A stretch of 32,000 bases of DNA from Candidatus Kuenenia stuttgartensis (lineage in GTDB: Bacteria; Planctomycetota; Brocadiia; Brocadiales; Brocadiaceae), in contig NZ_LT934425.1 of the NCBI RefSeq assembly GCF_900232105.1, positions 3,240,001-3,272,000 on the forward strand, written 5' to 3'. The notes beneath the pieces were generated by a model, which did not search any database, was not told the DNA's origin, and saw nothing but the letters and a program-made list of their open reading frames with translations. This document shows positions 27,487 through 32,000 of the stretch, piece after piece. Made by a program: the position numbers and the translations under genes. Each line of letters opens with the position of its first letter. Within the stretch, counting starts at the first letter, position 1.

Positions 27487-27581
27487 ATTGTTGTTTTGAC
27501 AATACAGAGATAGAATCGGGACTCCACTTTAAGCAGATTTTTGGTTATGCATGTATACGATAATAATTACAGGAGTAATAA

Positions 27582-27944
27582 ATGAAAAATTATCAATATT
27601 GTTTTTTATTCATCGCTTTTTTTTCCTCCTGTTTTTTGGGATGCTATAAAAAACAGACAATTTTACTGGAAAGAGAAGCTATTTGGGAAGTATTCGAAAG
27701 AGAATGCCAAAAATGTCATAAGATGAATGGAAAAGGGAGTCTTGTTGGCAGATTATTCTTTAATATTCCTGATTTTAACAATGTGAAATGGCAGGATAAT
27801 GCTTCGGATTCGAGATTGATTATTCATGTAGGAAATGGATTAAGAAAAATGCCAGGCTTTAAAGGCAAGCTAAAAGATGAAGAGATTGTGGACTTGGTAA
27901 AAATATGTGTTCGGAGTTTCTATCCGCCCGTCGGGCAAAGATAA
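27582..27944 (+). CDS. Monoheme c-type cytochrome, predicted lipoprotein
   Basis: Signal sequence with lipobox-like SCFLGC; single CQKCH; downstream GLRKMPGFKGKLKDEEIVDLV, typical of the class I cytochrome c distal Met region. Confidence 0.82.
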   Translation: MKNYQYCFLFIAFFSSCFLGCYKKQTILLEREAIWEVFERECQKCHKMNGKGSLVGRLFFNIPDFNNVKWQDNASDSRLIIHVGNGLRKMPGFKGKLKDEEIVDLVKICVRSFYPPVGQR

Positions 27945-28075
27945 TACTGCATGAATTTTAGTTGAAACAATAGTGATTTTTCACCGATTTTATGATATCA
28001 TTCTTGCTTATTTGAGAGTATTTCATTTCTTTATTTTGCTGTCGATGACGGCTTTTTCATTTTTTGAGGCAAATT

Positions 28076-28438
28076 ATGCTGCGAGAGATGTGTAAATCCA
28101 AAATACATGGCGCTACGGTAACTGAAACCAATCTGGAATATAACGGAAGCATTACCATCGATAAGTCTCTTCTCACTGCGGTAGATATTCTGCATTATGA
28201 GCGGGTGCAGGTTTTGAATATAAATAATGGAACAAGAGTAGAAACATATGTCATTGAAGGAGAACAAGACTCCGGGATAATTTGCTTAAACGGGGCAGCT
28301 GCAAGATGGGCGCAACCTGGAGATCGTGTTATTATTATTGCATATTGCCTTATCAATAACAAAGACGCTATAGGATGGAAACCAAAGATTATTTTGGTTG
28401 ACGCAAAAAATAAACTCATCAAAAACCTGCCAACATGA
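28076..28438 (+). CDS. panD: Aspartate 1-decarboxylase
   Basis: [90 protein letters not shown], with the G-S processing site. ATG at 28076 preferred over TTG at 28064. Confidence 0.94.
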   Translation: MLREMCKSKIHGATVTETNLEYNGSITIDKSLLTAVDILHYERVQVLNINNGTRVETYVIEGEQDSGIICLNGAAARWAQPGDRVIIIAYCLINNKDAIGWKPKIILVDAKNKLIKNLPT

Positions 28439-29304
28439 GACGGATTTTATTCGAAATCCCTATCCCTTTTTTCTCCCAAAGCGTACCTATATACTCCTAT
28501 GGGTTCATGTTAATGGTGGCATTTCTTGTTTCCATAGCCGTTGCGCGCTGGAGGGCGAAGAAAGAAGGTATCGACCCTAATGCCATCACAGATTTGGGGA
28601 TATATCTGATTTTTGCCGGAATAGCAGGGGCAAGGTTGTTTTTTGTAATACAATTTTATGAAGATTATAAAAATAATTTATTAAATATATTCAAAATTTA
28701 TGAAGGTGGTCTGGTGTATTATGGTGGATTGTTTGCCGCAATTATTATGCTATTCGTTTTTGTTAGAAAACGAAAGTTGCCCGTATTAAAGGTGATAGAC
28801 ATTATTGCGCCATCTACTGCACTGGGATTAGCCTTTGGACGTATTGGATGTTTTTTGAATGGATGCTGTTTTGGCAAGATTTCACTTAATCTGCCGTGGG
28901 CAGTTTATTTTCCCAGGACAGTTGATAGTCAAGGCATGGTTGATGGCAGCCCGGTATTTATTTATCACTATCAACATGGGTTGGTTCTCCTTTCCGCTCT
29001 GCATTCATTACCGGTTCATCCCGTACAATTGTATGCTTTTTTTTCAAATATAGCATTATTTTTTATTCTCAACAGTTTTTTCAGATTTCGAAAAAGAAAT
29101 GGAGAGATTGTGCTCCTTTTTGGCATGGTGTATCCCATTATAAGATTTTGTATGGAAGCACTTCGGGGAGATAATCAATTATATTTTAACTGCTTTACCA
29201 TTGCGCAGATAATAAGCATTATACTATTTGCCGTTTCAACTACTATTTTTGTTTTGTTCAGAATAAAAACAAGTAAAAACATTTCGCATATTTCTTCCTT
29301 GTAA
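28435..29304 (+). CDS. lgt: Prolipoprotein diacylglyceryl transferase
   Basis: [78 protein letters not shown] overlap with panD. Confidence 0.93.
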   Translation: MRRILFEIPIPFFSQSVPIYSYGFMLMVAFLVSIAVARWRAKKEGIDPNAITDLGIYLIFAGIAGARLFFVIQFYEDYKNNLLNIFKIYEGGLVYYGGLFAAIIMLFVFVRKRKLPVLKVIDIIAPSTALGLAFGRIGCFLNGCCFGKISLNLPWAVYFPRTVDSQGMVDGSPVFIYHYQHGLVLLSALHSLPVHPVQLYAFFSNIALFFILNSFFRFRKRNGEIVLLFGMVYPIIRFCMEALRGDNQLYFNCFTIAQIISIILFAVSTTIFVLFRIKTSKNISHISSL

Positions 29305-29314
29305 AGATATTTTG

Positions 29315-30610
29315 CTAAGGGACTAATTCCTTTATTTGAATATCATCATGCAACTTCAGTAATTTACTAAGGAACTTATCTTCTATCTGAAGATGGAATG
29401 TTAATCGGCGGTCGTCTGATGTGCGGTTTAGAATGTGGGCATTTTCATGAAGGGTGGCTATTAATTTGCCATTTTCCTGACTACATGAGATTTCTATATT
29501 GAGAAGTCTCTTTTCCAGTATTTCGGCAATCTTTTGTTTCAGCGCCGGTATCCCCTGGCATGTTTTTGCAGAAATGACAATACAATTCTTATAGCGATTT
29601 TTCAGTAAAGGGATAACAGATTCATCTTTCAGTGCATCGATTTTATTCAATACAATAATTGTTGGTTTTTTTTCACATCCAAGTTCTTTTAATACTATAT
29701 TTACGGATTCTATTTGTTTATGAATATGCGGGGAGCTGATATCCGCGACATGCAATAAAATATCCGCGTTTCGGGTTTCTTCGAGCGTTGCCTTGAATGA
29801 AGAAACAAGATAGTGCGGCAATTTTTGTATAAACCCAACAGTATCACTGATAAGAATATTTTTGGAATTTTCAAGTTTGCATATACCTGTTTTTGTATCT
29901 AATGTTGCAAAGAGTTTATCTTCTACCATGGCATCAACATCGGTTAGGGCGTTCATTAGGGTAGATTTTCCGGCATTAGTGTAACCGACGATGGATACGG
30001 TAGAAAATTCTTTTCTTGAAGCAACTACTCTCTGTTGCCGTTTTTCTATTTCACCCAATCGTTTTTTAAGATCATGTATTTTTCTTGAAACAATACGATT
30101 ATCTACTTCAAGTTGTTTTTCTCCTGGCCCCCTTGTGCCTATTCCTCCTTCAATTCGTGAAAGATGTGTCCACATCCGTTTAAGTCTTGGTTTTGTGTAT
30201 TCCAACTGAGCTAATTCTACCTGAAGTTTTGCCTGGTGGGTCTTTGCCCTTGTGGCGAATATGTCTAAAATCAACTCACTACGATCAATTACCTTTTTTT
30301 CAATGATTTTTTCCAAATTTTTTACCTGTGCGGGGGTAAGGTTATCGTCACAAATGAGTACATCTGCGTCCATTTCAACCGCTATTTTTTGCAGCTCTTG
30401 CGCCTTTCCTTTTCCAATATAATACAATGGGTCTATGTGCGCTCTTTTTTGGATTACTGTATAAATTACGTTTGCTCCTGCAGTTTTTGCCAATCTGCTT
30501 AACTCTTCCAAAGGTTCTTCATCAAGGTCAATAATATTGGGATAAGAAAGCGCTCTGAATAGGATAGCGCGTTCCGCCCTGACAGAAAAACTGGTATCTT
30601 TTAATTTCAC
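29315..30610 (-). CDS. hflX: GTPase HflX
   Basis: YIGKGKAQELQKIAVEMDADVLICDDNLTPAQVKNLEK, ILDIFATRAKTHQAKLQVELAQLEYTKPRLKRMWTHLSRIEGGIGTRGPGEKQLEVDNR, VSIVGYTNAGKSTLMNAL, DTVGFIQKLPHYLVSSFKATLEE. Confidence 0.96.
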   Translation of the reverse strand: MKLKDTSFSVRAERAILFRALSYPNIIDLDEEPLEELSRLAKTAGANVIYTVIQKRAHIDPLYYIGKGKAQELQKIAVEMDADVLICDDNLTPAQVKNLEKIIEKKVIDRSELILDIFATRAKTHQAKLQVELAQLEYTKPRLKRMWTHLSRIEGGIGTRGPGEKQLEVDNRIVSRKIHDLKKRLGEIEKRQQRVVASRKEFSTVSIVGYTNAGKSTLMNALTDVDAMVEDKLFATLDTKTGICKLENSKNILISDTVGFIQKLPHYLVSSFKATLEETRNADILLHVADISSPHIHKQIESVNIVLKELGCEKKPTIIVLNKIDALKDESVIPLLKNRYKNCIVISAKTCQGIPALKQKIAEILEKRLLNIEISCSQENGKLIATLHENAHILNRTSDDRRLTFHLQIEDKFLSKLLKLHDDIQIKELVP

Positions 30611-30619
30611 GTAATCAGT

Positions 30620-31348
30620 TTACTCCCTTTTCGATAAGACAATTCTTGCGTCAACGGTTTTTGTCCCTTTCGGGTAAATAAGGATTGGGTTAAGATCTAT
30701 TTCTTTAATTTCCTCATTAGAAATCATGATATCTGATACCCGAATAATGATATGGCATATTTCTGAAATATCCAGTGGCGCTGCATTTCTAAATCCGCTT
30801 AAAAGTCTGGCGCCTTTTACTTCGCGAATCATGTCAAGCGCTTCGTAATCTTCTACGGGAGCGATACGAAAGGAAACGTCCTTAAAAAGCTCAACAAAAA
30901 TACCTCCTATCCCGAACATCACTGTTGGTCCGAATTGCGGATCTCTCAGGCCGCCTACAATAATTTCGGTTGAGGGAGTTGACATTTCTTCCACGAGGAT
31001 TCCATATATCCTTGCATCCGGTACAGTTTTACTAATGTTTTTAAAGATTTTTTCGTATGCAGCCGCAACTTCTTTATCATTTTGTATGTTTAACATTACT
31101 CCGCCTGCATCCGTTTTGTGGCTGAGGTCAGGGGATATGATTTTGAGAACGACAGGGTATTTTATGGAATTTGCAGCCTGGATTGCTTCATGGGCAGATG
31201 AGGCAACTAAAAATCTGGTAGTAACGATTCCGTATGTTCCAAGTAGTTGTTTTGCTTCCGGCTCTAAGAGTTCATGCCGGTTTTGCTCCAAAGCGTTTTG
31301 TATTATCTTTTGAGCATTACGGGCGGTATGCGATAAAAATATATTCAT
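30620..31348 (-). CDS. ATP-grasp subunit/domain of acyl-CoA (acetyl-CoA) synthetase, NDP-forming
   Basis: LLEPEAKQLLGTYGIVTTRFLVASSAHEAIQAANSIKYPVVLKIISPDLSHKTDAGGVMLNI, ILVEEMSTPSTEIIVGGLRDPQFGPTVMFGIGGIFVELFKDVSFRIAPV, EIDLNPILIYP. Start placed at MNIFLSH (31348); the track's N-terminal extension runs into the adjacent element boundary. Confidence 0.85.
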   Translation of the reverse strand: MNIFLSHTARNAQKIIQNALEQNRHELLEPEAKQLLGTYGIVTTRFLVASSAHEAIQAANSIKYPVVLKIISPDLSHKTDAGGVMLNIQNDKEVAAAYEKIFKNISKTVPDARIYGILVEEMSTPSTEIIVGGLRDPQFGPTVMFGIGGIFVELFKDVSFRIAPVEDYEALDMIREVKGARLLSGFRNAAPLDISEICHIIIRVSDIMISNEEIKEIDLNPILIYPKGTKTVDARIVLSKRE

Positions 31349-31465
31349 CCTTTGTGTTTGTAAAGAATCCACCCGCGGAGCAGGTGGCTTTGGGATAACC
31401 CCTATAAGGGGATGAAAATGCCTTCCTTCCAAAGGAAGCAAGGTTGAGTTGTCCCCATTTTAAAT

Positions 31466-31891
31466 TTACCGTTGTGACTCTTCTTGGCGCTCTTTCTGCT
31501 CTTGATATTTCACATATTTACGTATCTTTTCCGTATCCAAACCAACGGTATCGACACAGTAACCTCTCGACCAGAAATGATTACCCCAATAAGGTTTTTG
31601 CTTCAAATGTCGAAACTTATTGAAAACTCGAATAGCTGTTCTGCCTTTGATTATACCTACAAAATCGGATATCGATATCTTGGGTACTACCATGACAAGC
31701 AGATGAACATGGTCAATTTGTACATTTAACTCAACAACTTCACAGCCTTTTTGTTCAGAAAATGCTCTGATACACTTACCTACTTCTTCTGCTACTTGAC
31801 CAGTAAGTATTCTTAGACGATATTTTGGTGTCCAAAGAATATGATATTGACAATGCCATATCGTATGCGATAATTTGCGAAATCGACTCAT
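31466..31891 (-). CDS. tnpA: IS200/IS605-family Y1 transposase TnpA
   Basis: HTIWHCQYHILWTPKYRLRIL, VQIDHVHLLVMVVPKISISDFVGIIKGRTAIRVFNKF, GNHFWSRGYCVDTVGLDTEKIRKYVKYQE (HUH pair and catalytic Tyr region). Confidence 0.93.
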   Translation of the reverse strand: MSRFRKLSHTIWHCQYHILWTPKYRLRILTGQVAEEVGKCIRAFSEQKGCEVVELNVQIDHVHLLVMVVPKISISDFVGIIKGRTAIRVFNKFRHLKQKPYWGNHFWSRGYCVDTVGLDTEKIRKYVKYQEQKERQEESQR

Positions 31892-31949
31892 TTGTTACTC
31901 CTTTGTTGATGTTGTGGGACAACTCAACTTAGATTGTAACAATGAGTCG
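31884..31949 (-). promoter_or_regulatory. Leader stem-loop pairing across the tnpA start codon
   Basis: gtaacaatgagtcg (31936-31949, + strand) is the near-exact reverse complement of cgactcatttgttac (31884-31898), which contains the tnpA ATG (31889-31891 complement). Confidence 0.7.
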
Positions 31950-32000
31950 TTTTACTGGCAAAGCCTTTAAACTCTGACCACGCCCACAGGGCGTGGTTTT

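Larger units (their letters stand above)
31422..32000 (-). mobile_element. IS200/IS605-family insertion sequence (tnpA-only type), right boundary at or beyond window edge
   Basis: Y1/HUH transposase gene bracketed by hairpins cttcctt-cca-aaggaag (31422-31438) and accacgccc-aca-gggcgtggt (31977-31997). Confidence 0.7.

Noticed and set aside
31035-31313. 92-aa plus-strand ORF opposite the ATP-grasp gene
   Set aside because: Antisense to a confident CDS with conserved ATP-grasp motifs; no independent support.
31399-31411. cccc-tataa-gggg mini-palindrome as an independent terminator or the IS end
   Set aside because: Only a 4-bp stem; too weak to call a feature on its own.
31348-31441. N-terminal extension MLPLEGRHFHPLIGVIPKPPAPRVDSLQTQR of the ATP-grasp ORF
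   Set aside because: Encoded across the IS-proximal hairpin region and not typical of the family; start at MNIFLSH is more plausible.

Overview
The window looks like chromosomal DNA from a Planctomycete, plausibly an anammox-type (Brocadiales-like) bacterium. That placement is an inference from an octaheme HAO-like cytochrome gene sitting beside outer-membrane biogenesis genes; no search was possible. Gene content, left to right: 3' part of an MltA-like lytic transglycosylase; a GcvH-like protein whose lipoyl-lysine position is Asp; a DUF1611 (DgcN-like) protein coupled to a dipeptide epimerase-like enolase; minus-strand SUMF/FGE-fold protein, a frame-disrupted 3-TM membrane protein, leuB, AMMECR1, a secreted Memo-AMMECR1 fusion and a VTT-family membrane protein; ilvD; tRNA-Gln(TTG); a GlmU-like uridylyltransferase lacking most of the acetyltransferase domain; prs, rplY, pth, rpsF, ssb, rpsR, rplI, dnaB; bamA, skp/ompH-like, lpxC, lpxA, a Gfo/Idh/MocA oxidoreductase; a cluster of four small proteins (DUF1858, two cupins, DUF2249) upstream of the octaheme HAO-like protein; a monoheme cytochrome c lipoprotein; panD, lgt; minus-strand hflX and an ATP-grasp acyl-CoA synthetase subunit; and an IS200/IS605-type tnpA at the right edge with hairpin ends and a start-codon-sequestering leader. 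The best candidates for a poorly described system are the DUF1858/cupin/cupin/DUF2249/octaheme cytochrome cluster (24377-27408) and the lysine-less H-protein paralog (1199-1639). No CRISPR array, rRNA or prophage was seen.
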